A DNA stretch of 64,000 bases from Eledone cirrhosa. Its lineage: Eukaryota. Every line of letters starts with the position of its first letter. Within the stretch, counting starts at the first letter, position 1. Positions 27,751 through 42,240 of this stretch are shown here, one piece after another. The notes under the pieces are model-generated. The model did no database searches. It was not told the DNA's origin and saw only the letters and a program-made list of their open reading frames with translations. A program made the translations under genes and the position numbers. The DNA is taken from the NCBI GenBank assembly GCA_964016885.1, contig OZ024762.1:26722001-26786000 (forward strand), in the 5' to 3' direction.

Positions 27751-27839
27751 TGAAAATAAATAATGGAAATATAGTCACTGTTTTTATGAAGACAAGAGTG
27801 ACAATGGAAGTAAAAAAAATTTGCATAAAATTAGCAGTT

Positions 27840-28430
27840 GAAAATTGAGAACAAATATCGTCCACACCCTGTATATATATATAATTTTTTTATATATATT
27901 TTATGTGTATTTGGTGTATACGTTCGTATGTGTGCGGGTACAGGCGTTGCGTGGGTTCTGTATTTGGATGGGTGTTTTTGTGTGTACGTGCTTGTATTTG
28001 CATACTCATGGCGTGTTTTTTCGCGTATGCTGGTGTATGTACGTATTTGGATGCGTGTATGTGTATATTTAATTTCATTTAACTCTGTATTTAATTTACT
28101 TTACTCTTAACTCTGAAGCCGAGAATCATTCGGTTTCCTAAATAAAATTTTCGTCTACGACTTCAGAGATACCATTTACGTGGTTTTGTCTTTGCGTGTA
28201 ATTGTTCTCACCGCTCCACATAATGACGTATTATCCTCGTTTATTTCCGTTCTTCGCCAAGGAACGTTTCCACGAACCAAAGTATAGTCTTCTTGTCCTC
28301 CTTCGGTTGCAACGTTTTTTGAAATTTTTACTTCTGCGTTCACAGATTGACTTTTTTAGTTTCAGAAGATCCCGTTAAGGGTGACAGCATCGATTCTTTG
28401 CTTAAGCTTTAATCTGTTATTTTAATAAAT
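27840..28430 (+). mobile_element. Non-coding PLE-like repeat, family B
   Basis: Reverse-complement homologue of 23080-23730 lacking the internal duplication. HHR-like motif at 28358-28408. Confidence 0.75.
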
Positions 28431-28755
28431 ATTTGCTCTACCGTTCTTATATATCTGATATATATTTATCCTTATCGATCCCTCTTTGGATTTTAGTCTT
28501 AAAATTTATTATTATTACTATATATATATACATATATATATATATTTCGTTTCTGAATTTGTTTAGCAAGATTCTTTATCTGAAAACGTGTGTTGAAATC
28601 GATATTGTTATAATTTGGGAGGGTCATGTTGCCAATAAGAAACACACGCACCAACTGCTTTCACTTCAATTTATTATAATAAATTTATAAATTTAGAAAT
28701 TTATAAATTTCCGGTTTGTTGGTTGATTCCACAACCAGATGATTGTTTGTATATT

Positions 28756-28798
28756 GTCAAAGTTCTTTCGTCACACATTCTGTGACCTCTTCAGTATC
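28756..28798 (-). ncRNA. Minimal hammerhead (stem I mutated)
   Basis: Minus strand: gata-CTGAAGA-ggtcac-agaatgt-gtgac-GAAA-gaac-TT-tgac. Confidence 0.65.
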
Positions 28799-29577
28799 TG
28801 GGGATTCTTATCTTTGTTTTTGTTCCTCTCCTTTGTTCTGTCCGAAGCCATCTTTGTTTTTGTGTGTGTTGTGCGCTTAGTTTGCGCATATGTTACATCC
28901 GTGTGTCTGTGTGTTTATATTTGTTTATTTTTTGTTTATTTTCATGTTACTGGCTGGTTGTTTGTTCTATGTGCGTGTGTGGTTTCATTTTGTCCTTAAT
29001 TGTAAATTGTGATGTTGCTGTTCCACTTGTGTTTTCTATTTAATTTTGGTTGGAGTTCATTTATGTTTATTGCCTCTGTGATTTGTCTAAACATTGCGTC
29101 TTTTCTGCGTGTAGGTTCTATTTTTATTTCTATGTTCTCTAATTTACCCTTATGTTCTATTTTAGCATGTTGGTAGAGTACAGATGATTCTTTACTATCT
29201 TGAAGGTCTCGCCAGTGTTTATTTATCCGTTCCCCTATACTACGAGCTGTCTCACCTATGTACACTATATTTTTATCTCTACATTGTCCGTCAGTACATC
29301 TTATGCTATATAGTACATTTCTAGTTTTACAGTTAATATGGGGGCTTAATTTACAGATTATACATTTCTTATCTATACAGGGAGGTTTTTGAAAAGTAAC
29401 ACATAAATAAACAAATAAATAAAGTAACATGTAAATAAACAAATAAATGAACAAATATAAACACACACAGACACCCGGATGTAACACATGCGCAAACTAA
29501 GCACACAACCCACACAAAAACAAGATGGCGTAGGACAGAAGAAAGGAGAGGCAAAAATACAAAGAAAAGAATTCTCA

Positions 29578-29620
29578 GTCACTGAGGAGGTCACAGAATG
29601 TGTGACGAAAAAACTTTGAC
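29578..29620 (+). ncRNA. Minimal hammerhead in inverted pLTR
   Basis: gtca-CTGAGGA-ggtcac..gtgac-GAAA-aaac-TT-tgac. Confidence 0.7.
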
Positions 29621-29806
29621 AATATATAAACAATCATCTGGTTTGTAAACCAACCAATCAACCGGAAATTTATAAATTCCTAAATTTATAAATTTATTAT
29701 AATAAATTGAAGTAAATGCATCTGGTGCGTGTGTTTCTTATTGGCAACATGACCCTCCCAAAGTATAACAATATATATATATATATATATTAAAATAACA
29801 GATTAA

Positions 29807-29857
29807 AGTTTATGTAAAGAATCGCTGCTTTCACCCTTAACGGGATCTTCTGAAATT
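29807..29857 (-). ncRNA. Family B hammerhead-like motif (CAGAAGA core, GAAA intact)
   Basis: Minus strand: aattt-CAGAAGA-tcccgttaagggt-GAAA-gcagcgattctttaca-t-aaact. Confidence 0.5.
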
Positions 29858-29999
29858 AAAAAAGTCAATCTGTGAACGCAGAAGTAAATATTCAAAAAAA
29901 CGTCGCAACCGAAGGCAGACAGGAAGACGATGCTTTGGTTCGTGGAAACGTTCCCCGGCAGAGAACGAAAAAAAACGAAGAATACGTGATTATTTGGAG

Positions 30000-30100
30000 C
30001 GGAGGTTGACTTTGCCTTTCATCCTTACGGGGTCGATAAAATAAAGTACCAGTAATGCACTGGGTAATTGCTGACCTTGTGCCTAAAGTAGAAACAATTA
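30000..30100 (+). mobile_element. SINE 3' part (Meta-domain-like)
   Basis: gaggttgactttgcctttcatccttacggggtcgataaaataaagtaccag...gtagaaacaatta. Confidence 0.85.
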
Positions 30101-30137
30101 TTTGGATCGGAGAAAACATTTACACGCAAAGAAAAGT

Positions 30138-30346
<209 letters not shown>

Positions 30347-30347
30347 C

Positions 30348-30425
<78 letters not shown>

Positions 30426-30990
30426 TGGTAAAAGGAAAAGAAAATGCTGACAAATTGTTCCCAGTGAAAAATAGTTTAATTAGGAATTAATAATAACTAG
30501 TAATAAGTATTGGTTAGTATTCAGTTTTAGTTTTAAGATTTTACCGGTTGCGCATTTCTGATGCTTTTAAAAAATAATTTTGAGATAGAGCTCCCGTGAT
30601 GTTTGCTCTAATATGATTAGTTTTGGAAATTCTACCTGTTTTATGTGAAAAAAGTGGCTCCAGAGTTATTAAAATAAGTTTCGCGCCAATTCGGGTTGCA
30701 AAAATTCTTGTGGTCAAAACAATTTTGATTGGTTGTGTGGCTGCTTTTTGCAGTATAGCAATATAAGGTTGCACTTACCAATCAAACGGTCGTAAATACC
30801 TGGATAAATCCTTCTCTTAATGCTTACCTGTGCTTTCTCTTTTATACTTTATACTCCAAGATTGAACGGAATTCTTACAAACTTGTGGAGTTACCCCTAA
30901 CTCTACGTTGAAACCATCCATGAAACTGGCTTTTTTGACCACGAACTGGATCACAATAACCAATTTTCTTAAATATATATACATATATTT

Positions 30991-31285
30991 CTAGGGCGGG
31001 TAAAATTCCCGAGATCCATGGACGAGTTCTCTCCAGCGGTCTCTGTCCCTCATTATCGCTGCCATGTCCTGCCTTTCCAACAAACCAGTGTCTGTCGTTA
31101 GGGCATCAACATACATTAACCTTGTATTACTCTTCCAGTTTGTCTCGAACACCTTCTCTTCCTCCCTCTGATCTCGATGATGATCATCCAGACCTGTCAA
31201 CCACCCTCTCTACACTTCTCCAAGAAGATAGTGGACCTGATATCACTGCTCTACACCAACACCAAAGCCCAAGTCATTACACCTG
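30991..31285 (-). mobile_element. RTE-clade LINE 3' fragment with an inverted 5' segment
   Basis: Minus-strand C-terminus YVDALTTDTGL..MRDRDRWR. 31220-31285 on plus matches the RT region of the RTE at 63290-63356. Confidence 0.8.
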
Positions 31286-34200
31286 TGTCCATACAGGGAG
31301 GTCTTTGAAAAGGGTATGTCTTGCTAATAAGTGTTTTTATGGAGGTACCTGGTCTTTCTACTATCTTAATATTGACTTTATGTTTATCTAGGGCCCTTCT
31401 AAATTTGTAAGCTAATTCACCTCTAGGGGTTGTATCGATGAACATTACACTCTGGTATTTATTGATATCATACCATGAGTTTATTCCATTAGCCTTATTT
31501 CTAGTTCTTTCTATTCTATTCCAAAATTTGCTCCTATACAAGGGGCAGGTTCCATTTGTGTCATTATTTACCATTTTTTCCCATTTGGATCTGGCTGCTC
31601 TATACACTCTGGTTTTATCTCTCTGATTGTAACCAGAAAACTACATACGGTGGATGAAGTGTATGTGTCTCTCTAGTTCTTCGGGGTTGCACATGCGGGA
31701 CACATTTCTCATCACCCGTACCAAATCCGCAATCAGTATGTTGATTTTGGTATGGTCCGAAACCGCTGAGTTTAGGTGGATCAGATATTTGGAAGTCATG
31801 GGTTTGGCATAATGGGAATGGAGGATTTGTTTTTTGTTGGTAATGGTATCTAACCAGAGCTCTGTGTCTAGTACGGGTAATCGATGGTTGGGGTGTTTGC
31901 TTGGGTAGTTTATAGTAACTCTAATACTCTGGTGGATGATGTTAGCTATTTGCTGGATGCTTTCCATTGTGTTTTTCTCTAATTCCTGACTGTTTTCTAG
32001 TGGGGGTGTTTTAACTACGATGTTTATATCATCAACGTAGCGGGAGTACATTATAAGGGTTAAGGGGTCTTCTAATCGTTCTTTAAGTTTAAGTTTAAGT
32101 CTACTGTCCCACCATACCATGAATAGGTTAGCTGTGTCGCCTGCAATGCTAACACCAATGGCTGATCCCTCCTCTTGGCCATATGTATTTCCATTAAATT
32201 TGAACATATGTTCTTTAAGGGTTAATTTTATGCTTGGCCGCCACCGCATGTGCAATCATTTTCTTTAGTTCATCGTGGTTTTCGGGGGTCCGCATGGCTC
32301 TGGTCCACCGGTTCCATCTATCTGTGTGGGTTTTCTTGGCCATTGAGGTAATGGTAGGTGGTCTGCCTCTTGCTGGTCTAGTAGGGCACAGGTTGCTAAG
32401 GTCATATGTATCTAGATAATCATTACTATAGGTAAGTTTAAGTAGGAGTCCCAGCTCACTGGTATCAATCCCACGGAATTCAACATTGCTCTCACTGATC
32501 ATTTCTACGCGTTTCTCCACAGCAAAATCCACGTCAATAGATGGATACAGGGACACAACATCCATACTACCTATTATGCAGTTTGTTAGGTCCCTAGATC
32601 GGTTACTCTCGCCGATTCTGCTGAGGAGGTCCTCCGTGCTGTCACATATATCTGGGGACATTTCAATGATGAGGCATATGATTAGGGAGAGGAAGTAAGA
32701 AAGTCTGTAGTTGCTAGCAATGTTAGCTCCACAGACTGGCCGTGTTGGTGGTCCTGAGACAGGGTCACTGCTCGTTTTATGGTCTTTTTGAAGCCCATAC
32801 AACGCTCGCACGTCATTGTTCCAGGCCTGGAAGTTGTTGGCAGTCCTTTTGTTGGGCTGCATTATATTAGTCTACATCATCATATGAGCACTGAGGGCTT
32901 TTTCCCTATCCTCATGCTCTTGTGGTGTTACTTCTCTTGTGTTAGTGATGTGGGGTTGCATTGCCTGGATGTAGTTTGGCAGACTGTCAACCGACATTCT
33001 GCCAGACTTGTCTGTTGGAAACCATGCTATCTCTCCCTTATTGTTGTTTGTGTCTGTGTGTCTGTTGTTGTTGGGATGTGTGTTGTATATGTGTATGTGT
33101 GTGTGTGTATGTTGGGATGTGTGTTGTATATGTGTGTGTGTGTGTATGTTGTTACTTTTGTTTTTGTTTTTGAGGCTCCAACGTAATTTTGTAAATGATT
33201 TTTCTATTTCTGACAAGCATTTAATCATATTTACCTTGTTATATGTGGCATACTTAGGGAGCAGTTGTAATACTGATAATTCATCAGAGTCGACCGTAGT
33301 GTTGCCGTATATATTTGTGTTGTTGTTGTTGAATTCATCTCTTAATGAGATGTCGGCCATATTTATACCGTCAATTTTGTCGGGATATCTATTCATATTC
33401 TCTAAAGTATCTTGATTTAGCTTTATCTGTTTGAGCCACTTTAGTTTCTTGTTAAAGTGCTTGTCATATTCTTGAACAATGTACTTTTCTTCAGGATATA
33501 TAAGGTTTATAAATATTAATTTTTCTCTTGGTGTGGTGATCTTAGTTATTTCTTGTATTAGGTTACGCTTATGTTTTTCTTGATGACTTAATTCTCTATA
33601 AATCTTCTTTTTATGTTTAGGATTAGTGTTTGTTTTAGCCTATATGCTTTCTTTTTGGTGTTGATGGTGTTGGTGAAACTCGGGACGAGGCACATTCTTT
33701 TATGAAGTGTACTTGTCGAGATGTTATTGTTTTTCGTAGACAACAGAACATGGTGGTTTTCAGTATCTTGTTAGCCTGGCTAAGGCTTACGATATTTCGT
33801 TACTGAATTTGTTTAGCAAGATTCTTTATCTGAAAACGTGTGTTTAAACCGATATTGGGAAAGGTCATGTTGCCAATAAGAAACACACGCACCGGTTGCT
33901 TTCACTTCAATTTATTATAATAAATTTATAAATTTAGGAATTTATAAATTTCCGGTTGGTTGGTTCCACAACCAGATTATTGTTTATATATATATTGTCA
34001 AAGTTCTTTCGTCACACATTTGGTGACCTCTTCAGTGACTGGGGATTCTTTTCTTTGTTTTTGTGCCTCTCCTTTGTTCTGTGCTACGCCATCTTGTTTG
34101 TGTGTGTTGTGTGCTTAGTTTGCGCATGTGTTACACCCGGGTGTATGTGTGTATTTATATTCGTTTATTTGTTTGTTTATTTACATGTTACAGGTTGGTT

Positions 34201-34455
34201 GTTTGTTCTATGTGCGTGTGTGTTTTCATTTTGTCCTTAATTGTAAGTTGTGATGTTGCTGTTCCACTCGTGTTTTCTATTTAATTTGGGTTGGAGTTCA
34301 TCTATGTTTATTGCCTCTGTAATTTGTCTAAACATTGCGTCTTTTCTGTGTGTAGATTCTATTTTTATTTTTATCTTCTCTAATTTACCCTCATGTTCTA
34401 TTTTAGCATGTTGGTAGAGTACAGATGATTCTTCACTATCTTGAAGGTCTCGCCG
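31285..34455 (-). mobile_element. Neptune/Nematis-type PLE, near-complete 5' portion with upstream tandem pLTR
   Basis: Frameshifted ORFs 32872-33396, 32215-32862 (PTRPVCGA, MDVVSLYPSI), 31641-32255 (AIGVSIAG, YSRYVDD) and 31251-31607. 33795-34455 repeats the GIY-YIG end and pLTR in direct orientation. Confidence 0.92.
33997..34039 (-). ncRNA. Minimal hammerhead in 5' pLTR
   Basis: Minus strand: gtca-CTGAAGA-ggtcac-caaatgt-gtgac-GAAA-gaac-TT-tgac. Confidence 0.78.
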
Positions 34456-36395
34456 GTGTAGTGTAAAGAATAGAAGAGTTCATAGAATTAAGACTAATAG
34501 AGAATGTTAATATATATTTTGACATTCAAACGGAGATGGAGACAGGTGTTCAATCCTGGTAGCGTTTGTAATATGAAAATGTAGATTTCAAGCGATGGGT
34601 ACAGTATAACGATCGCTCTATTCTGTTATTTAATAAAATATTTTTGGATTTCATAATACAAAATATTTCCATATTACACAATTTACAAAATTCCTGTCTT
34701 TGGAAATATGCAGGGGCAGGCACTATTATATCCCATCTTAGGTTTAATTGTTGGTTATTTTCGCGCAGCTGCCAAGCCTTGTCTGCGAGTGTTGTTACAT
34801 AACGCTGCTTTTCATGTTTTATCGAGTAACGATGTCTATAAAGGCGAGATTTGAAGGAGGTAGCTGTAGATCCCACATAGTACCACTTCTGGCTACCCGA
34901 TTCGATAGTACATTTGTATATGATGTTGCGTTCTAGACACTGATTGTTCAGCGTACACATTCCTGGTTGGACAGAGTTACAGTTATATTTATGCGTTGTT
35001 GTATTACCATGGATGGTTTGATGAGGTTGCTTAGGCAGGACGGGATGTTGTTTGCTGTTTTGTGATGTTATAGCTGATGTTTTACGTGTATTGTTATGTG
35101 TTGGAAGGCGTTTATACAACCGTTTTGCGTTAAGCTTTTTTATATACTGTTCAATATTAGGGGCGGTTGAATATGGAAGTCGAATAGTGTTAGGGTTTTA
35201 GATTTTATTATATTTATGTGATGTTGGAAATGTTTTTTAACTAATCGACAGAATTGTGAGGGTAGATTGGTTTTAATAGAGTTGTTATAGACCGGGTTGT
35301 ACCATATATACTCTTTACATCGCCTTCTGTTTGGTGGTGTGCGACTATTAGTGTGTCTATTGTGGTAGTGTATGTATGGTGGTGATTATATGCCATTTCT
35401 AATTCTATGAAATTTATTTTGGGTGTTTTGGTGATCGTCGACTATATACTCTATATTATCTAGGTGTCCAGCCTTCCTAAGTAGTTCATCATAATATTCG
35501 GCATGTTCTTTGAAGGTCTGCTGGTTGGACGACAGGCGGGAGATTCTAAGGGAAATATTTCTAGGGTTGAATTTAATTATAGAGGGTGGATGGTTAGAAC
35601 CCGTATTTACATATTTAAGGTTCTCATTTAGTTTATGGAATGGTTTAATCGTTTCTGTATTGAGATTCAAAGTAACATCAAGGAAATTAACCTCTTTGAG
35701 GTTATATTCAAACGTAATATTTAATCCTAGTTCCTTAAAAAGCTTTCTAATATTTTTACGCATCCTTTCTAAATTATGGTTATTCATATGCTTAACTAAT
35801 AGGAGCGCATCGTCAGGGTAGAGTCCACCGTGGAGATCCTTGAATTTTCCTTGTAGTCTGTGGGTGATATAAATTCCCACAAGATCAGTTACTTCCGCCG
35901 AATCATTGGAACCCATAGTTATATCAAAATTAGAAGGTCTATCTTTGCGAACACCAGTAGCTATCATCAAATTTAACAATAGTTTTTCTCGCTTCCATAA
36001 TAATACTAATTTCATCATCCGTAAGGTCGGAGTTAGCCTTAGTGAACGAAAGGGCTTCATGCAGAATATCAGGTGAGATTGAGGTATAATACTCATCAAT
36101 ATCGAACTGAATAAATTTTGATTTCTTCTTATCAGTAATGCTATTAAACCATCTTCATGCCTTATGGGTGTTACGCCATAGTTTAATATCTACTTTAGCC
36201 TTAACTTGGGGGATAATTCTGTCTAGTTTTATTACTGGTGGCATTCTTTAAGGCTATGTCAATATTTATTTATAAAACTGCTCTATATTATATATTATCT
36301 GATGAAAGCACACCATAATTTAACTTGGTGTCCTTGAAATATGTATAATGAAATAAATATGGTTTTATAAATATAGTTTCCATTTGTTAATATCT
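34455..36395 (-). mobile_element. Naiad-type PLE, 5'-truncated, with inverted 5' pLTR
   Basis: FDITMGSNDSAEVTDLVG, GGLYPDD and VNFLDVTL (35386-36099). CNCN..CTLNNQCL..YYVGSTATSFKSRLYRH..CKLC..CTH (34550-35119). Confidence 0.92.
36291..36356 (+). ncRNA. Type I hammerhead in inverted pLTR
   Basis: tattat-CTGATGA(36299-36305)-aagcacacca..tggtgtcctt-GAAA-tatgta-TA-atgaaata. Confidence 0.7.
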
Positions 36396-36419
36396 TATAT
36401 ATATATATATGCGTGTGCG

Positions 36420-36459
<40 letters not shown>

Positions 36460-36461
<2 letters not shown>

Positions 36462-36552
36462 AGTGTTTCTATTTTTGGTACAAGGCCAGGAATGAACCAA
36501 GTACATTACTGGTACTTTATTTTATCGATCCTGTAATGATGAAAGGCAGAGT
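36460..36552 (-). mobile_element. SINE 3' fragment
   Basis: cattactggtactttattttatcgatcctgtaatgatgaaaggca. Confidence 0.75.
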
Positions 36553-36941
36553 TATGGATTTCAACGATTTCTTTTGATACAGGAATATGTTATGCTAGTT
36601 AAGTCCCCTTGTAACAGTTACAATCGTGGAATTCAAAAGTTCCATGTTTATATTAGAATTCGTATATTACATAGGATATCTGTAGTGTAATCTTGAGGTT
36701 TCGAAATATACACGGGTGGGGACGGGGAATGTATGGAGGTGGGGCTTCTTTTAATACCGTTTATTTTTTTTAACTTGTGCTTTTTCATTTGTTTTTTTTT
36801 TTGTTTAGTTGAGTTTTTGTTTGTATTGTTTTGTGTGTGTTTGTTTCTTTCATTCCACTCCTTTATAATATATTCTTTTTTCTTATATATATATGTGTGT
36901 GTGTGTGGGTGTGTGTAAGTGTATGTGTATATGTATGAGTG

Positions 36942-36989
<48 letters not shown>

Positions 36990-37024
36990 TATATATAACG
37001 TGTATTAATGTATATATAATGTAT

Positions 37025-37896
37025 ATGTATATATATTTATATATAATATAAGATCAAAAGATGGTTAAAGGAGTTCCATATATTTTATTATGCGCATTTC
37101 AAAAACAAACATCATCAAACAATAATATTTGTGTTTTCATCAGATAAAACAGGAGAACATGATATGAAGGCTAAAAAACACTTGTTGATAGTGCAGTTTT
37201 AAATCAACATATGAAAAGTGGTTTTAGATTGATGTGTGATATTGGGAAAAATATTTTATTTAGAGAGGGGGGGGGAGAAAAGGATGAAAAGGGAAGGAGA
37301 TGAGAGGGAGAGATGGGTGATAGAGAGAAAGAGATAGTTTTTATAACTGAGAGGAGATATATTTTATATAGAGGGGTTGAAAACCTTGGAAGATACTGTA
37401 TAAATTAAAAATTTTGAAAATTAACGAAGGGAGGATATGTGCAAGGAAAAAATATTTTATTTAGGGAGGGGGGGGGGGTGGAAAGGATGAAAAAAAGGGG
37501 AGGAGATGAGAGTGAAGGTGGAAAGGGAGAGATGGGTGATAGAGAGAAAGAGATAGTTTTTATAACTGAGAAAAAGATATAATGTTTTAATATAGAGAGG
37601 TTGGGAACCGTTGGAAGATAATGTATAAATTAAAGGAATTTGAAAATTAACGAAGGGAAATTATGTATGAAGATAGAGAGAAAAAAATAATAATTGTGGG
37701 TGAATATTCTAACGTCAAAAGAAGAAATGTATGTATTGTGGGAATTTCAAAATTAGCAAAGAGAAAAAAAGTTTATGTGTAGAAGGATTTGAGAAAAATA
37801 ATGTGAAGTTAAAGTTTGTATATTGAATTCATATGTATTAATAATGAGTTCGTTGATGGGGAGAAAAAAATAATAATAAATTAAGGATGAAATTGA

Positions 37897-37927
<31 letters not shown>

Positions 37928-38640
37928 TAATGATTGCGGATGAATACTCAAAATGTCAAAAACAAATGTTATTGTTTTACGAGAAGATAGAATGAGGGTA
38001 ATGAGTAAACGAGTATTATGGAGTGTATAATGCCCTTTAAAGTAAGGTAGAAGGGTATATTTTAAAGAATATATGAGTATATATTAAAAAAAATATATAA
38101 TAATAAATTAAGGATGAAATTGAGATTAAAAAGATTTATGATAGAGAGAAAAAATAATAATGATTGCGGATGAATATTCAAAATGTCAAAAACAAATGTT
38201 ATTGTTTTACGAGAAGATAGAATGAGGGTAATGAGTAAACGAGTATTATAGAGTGTATAATGCCCTTTAAAGTAAGGTAGATGGGTATATTTTAAAGAGG
38301 TGTATGTATATGTGCCTTTGAGAAAAGATTCTAAATTGATAAAGAATTGAATATTAACTGTATACTTTGTGAAAAGTTCTATGGAATTTATGGAGGCAGA
38401 TAGAAAACAAATCTGAGCGTCTATTTATTATGGATTCTAGGTTAGAGATAATGGTAAATTTTTCATTTAGGCAGAGATTACAGATTTTAGATAGAGAGCT
38501 GTTGAAGTATGAGGATGCAGAAGAAATCTTTTTCCAAAAGATGTTATATTTAATGTTTTTGTCTTTTAAGGACCATATGAGTTCTGAGAGAGCAGTGTTA
38601 GTTCTTTTAAGTTTGTATTTGAAAGATGAATGATGATTAT
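37025..38640 (-). mobile_element. Naiad-type PLE 3' fragment (GIY-YIG C-terminus, 3' UTR with tandem duplications, pLTR)
   Basis: An ATG-less open frame at 38354-38640 (-) reads YNHHSSFKYKLKRTNTALSELIWSLK..ICNLCLNEKFTII..INRRSDLFSICLH. The pLTR matches the 10025-10458 family. Confidence 0.85.
37081..37150 (-). ncRNA. Type I hammerhead
   Basis: Minus strand: gttttat-CTGATGA-aaacacaaatatt..gtttgttttt-GAAA-tgcgca-TA-ataaaat. Confidence 0.82.
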
Positions 38641-38652
38641 ATATATATATAT

Positions 38653-38723
<71 letters not shown>

Positions 38724-38744
38724 ATAATACAATGTCTATATATA

Positions 38745-38935
38745 TAATTGTTTCTACTTTAGGCACAAGGCCAGCAATTACCCAGTGCATTACTGGTACT
38801 TTATTTTATCGACCCCGTAAGGATGAAAGGCAAAGTCAACCTCGGCGGGATTTGAACTCAGATCGTAAAGGGACGTAACTATGCTGGAAAGCATGGCGTC
38901 CGACCCTCTACCGACACTGCCAATCCACCGCCCTT
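38745..38935 (-). mobile_element. Full-length tRNA-derived SINE (Meta-domain-like)
   Basis: Minus strand: GGCGGTGGATTGGCAGTGTCGG (A box), GAGTTCAAATCCC (B box), conserved central domain and an AT tail. Confidence 0.88.
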
Positions 38936-39056
38936 GTCTATATATATAATGTGTATCAATTTGTATATAAGGTATATGTATATATTTATATATACATATA
39001 TACATTGTATTTATAATGTACATAAATATATATATATATATGTACATACACACACA

Positions 39057-39790
<734 letters not shown>

Positions 39791-40245
39791 TTTCGTTTCA
39801 GCTTACCAGAATTACATTGCGTGTTCTGTTTAAAGAGATTTCTTCTTCAACTACGCTGAATCCATCAATCTTAAAAAGGTAGGGTGTTTTTGATTTATAT
39901 AGGAATCTATAAGCATAGATTTGTGTTTTAATTGGGAATTCGAAGCTGTGGTGTTGAAATCCTTTTTTCTATTGTTCTCAGGCTTGTTCTATCAACTCGT
40001 TCAAATAGCTGTTGTTGACTGAGATTTCGTTAATTCTTTTGTGGAAGAGAATTTAAAGATTCTTATCAGCTCACAGGATTTTGCTATTGACATTTTTACA
40101 TCTATGAGGGTATTAGCGATGTTTCTTTGTACTTTTTATGAAGTATTTTTCTTTCTACATTTTATTTTTATTTTATGTACATATAAATACATATATATAT
40201 ATATGTATATATATGTGTGTGTGTGTTTGTGTATCTATATGCATG

Positions 40246-40285
<40 letters not shown>

Positions 40286-40377
40286 CATATATATATACAT
40301 AAATGTGTGTATGTATATATGTATATATAGTTATATATGTGTCGGTATTTATATGCATTTAAATAAATAAATGAATA

Positions 40378-40436
<59 letters not shown>

Positions 40437-41514
40437 AAACATATAAAAGGCTTATATGCATGTTTATATTTGTGTGTTAATCCGTGAACGTATATATATT
40501 TCTATCCGTGAATGAATATATATTCATATGTGTGTGAATATATATATACAAACACATAAAAGGTATATATGCATGTTTATATTTGTGTGTGTTAATCAGT
40601 TAACACACACACAGACATATATATATATATATATATTCACCCACACACACATGTGTGTTATATGAATTAGTCAACTGTGTATTTAGATAAAAGGGGGAGA
40701 TATCGCAACACATTATAACAGAGAGAGACCAAAACTCATTATTGAGAAGAAGAAAAAAATGTTTAAATTCAAAAACTGTTGTGTTTTCATTATAAAATGT
40801 TTAAAAGCAAAGCTGTTCTCCAAATAAACGTGCGCACACATACACAAATAGTGAGACAGAAACATACACACATACAGAGAGACACAAACACATTCACGCA
40901 CTCACACTCATACACAAACAACGAGACAAAAACATACACACATACACAAGAGACACAAACACATTAACACACACACACACATATACAGAGACACAAACAC
41001 ATTCACACAGACACATACAAAAACGGTTAGACAGAAAGATACACACACAGAGAGACACAAGCACATTCACACACATACACAAAGAGTGAGACAGAAACAT
41101 ACACAGAGAGACAAACACATTCACCCCCCACCTCCCAACAGACACACATACAGAGACACATACAGAGACACAAACACATTCAAACACACACATACAGAAG
41201 GAATGTAACATAAACACACACACACAGAGACACAAACACATATTCACACACATAGACAGGCAAACACTATGCCTCATGCGCAAAAACACGCATATACACA
41301 CGTAAATGTAAAAACTTAATCACATCTACTGATATACTTTGGTCAATAAATACTCATACATACAACCACTTTGATTAACACACATGCAGAGACGTAAATA
41401 TATTCACACACACAAAAACACAGACATATAGAAAGACATTTCACAACATGTACAATACAGACATACACACAAATACACAAACATGTTCTCATCCATACAT
41501 CCTCAGAGTTATAC

Positions 41515-41548
<34 letters not shown>

Positions 41549-41580
41549 ATGTATATATATATTTTATATTTATATATTTG

Positions 41581-41611
<31 letters not shown>

Positions 41612-41612
<1 letters not shown>

Positions 41613-41812
41613 ACGAAGGAAATGTGGTAAGGAACCAGGTGGACCATAACGCACCAAAGTACTCAATACTTGAGGTAGTAGAGTGGGTAATAGGAACGGG
41701 AACGAGTAGGACCCCGACGGCTGAGCTCAAGCCGTTTCGACGGCTAATTCTGGACTAGTCAAGAATTAGCCGTCGAAACGGCTTGAGCTCAGCCGTCGGG
41801 GTCCTACTCGTT

Positions 41813-41815
<3 letters not shown>
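41612..41815 (-). mobile_element. Family A fold-back insertion in (TA)n
   Basis: Inverted arms centred on ctggactagtcaag. Contains only the GAAA/stem III half of the HHR. Confidence 0.85.
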
Positions 41816-41877
<62 letters not shown>

Positions 41878-41878
<1 letters not shown>

Positions 41879-42030
41879 TAATCGTGTATCGGAAAAACAG
41901 CTCACGAATTAACGATAAACAATATCCGATATGTGTGGCAGAGGGCTCAATAATTTGGATAAATCAGAGCTATAACCATCGTTAAATTACCAACACATAG
42001 AGATTATGCCTAAAATCACCCGTACAGCCG
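41878..42030 (-). repeat. Diverged copy of the 48707-49636 repeat family
   Basis: Reverse complement of about 48870-49020. Confidence 0.65.
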
Positions 42031-42085
42031 TATATATATATATATATACATATTATATATACACACACATACATTTATATATATA

Positions 42086-42240
42086 CTAGCAGAATGGCCC
42101 GGCGTTGCTCGGGATTCTAAACATAGATGTTTATCCCTCCTTTCTGAAACAGTACAGAGGAGTACAGAATACCTGGGCATCGGAATGGTGTCTATATTTT
42201 GTTCTTATATTTTGTTATTGTGTATGCAAAAATATCTGTA
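42086..42240 (-). mobile_element. Helitron 3'-end fragment
   Basis: Minus strand: hairpin cccgagcaacgccggg followed by CTAG|T. Confidence 0.7.

Larger units (their letters stand above)
28545..29772 (-). mobile_element. Neptune/Nematis-type PLE, 5'-truncated, with inverted pLTR
   Basis: GIY-YIG ORF 28996-29400 (CIDKKCIIC..NVLYSIRC..VYIGETARSIGERINKH..ITEA..LN). pLTR 28600-28950 is inverted at 29397-29772. Confidence 0.9.

Noticed and set aside
30430-30985. Unique-looking segment as a host exon
   Set aside because: No recognisable domain or convincing splice context. It is probably an unclassified repeat fragment, but a small exon cannot be excluded without RNA-seq.
40015-40075. Minus-strand CUGAUAA...GAAA..GUC motif
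   Set aside because: Stems I and III do not pair convincingly.
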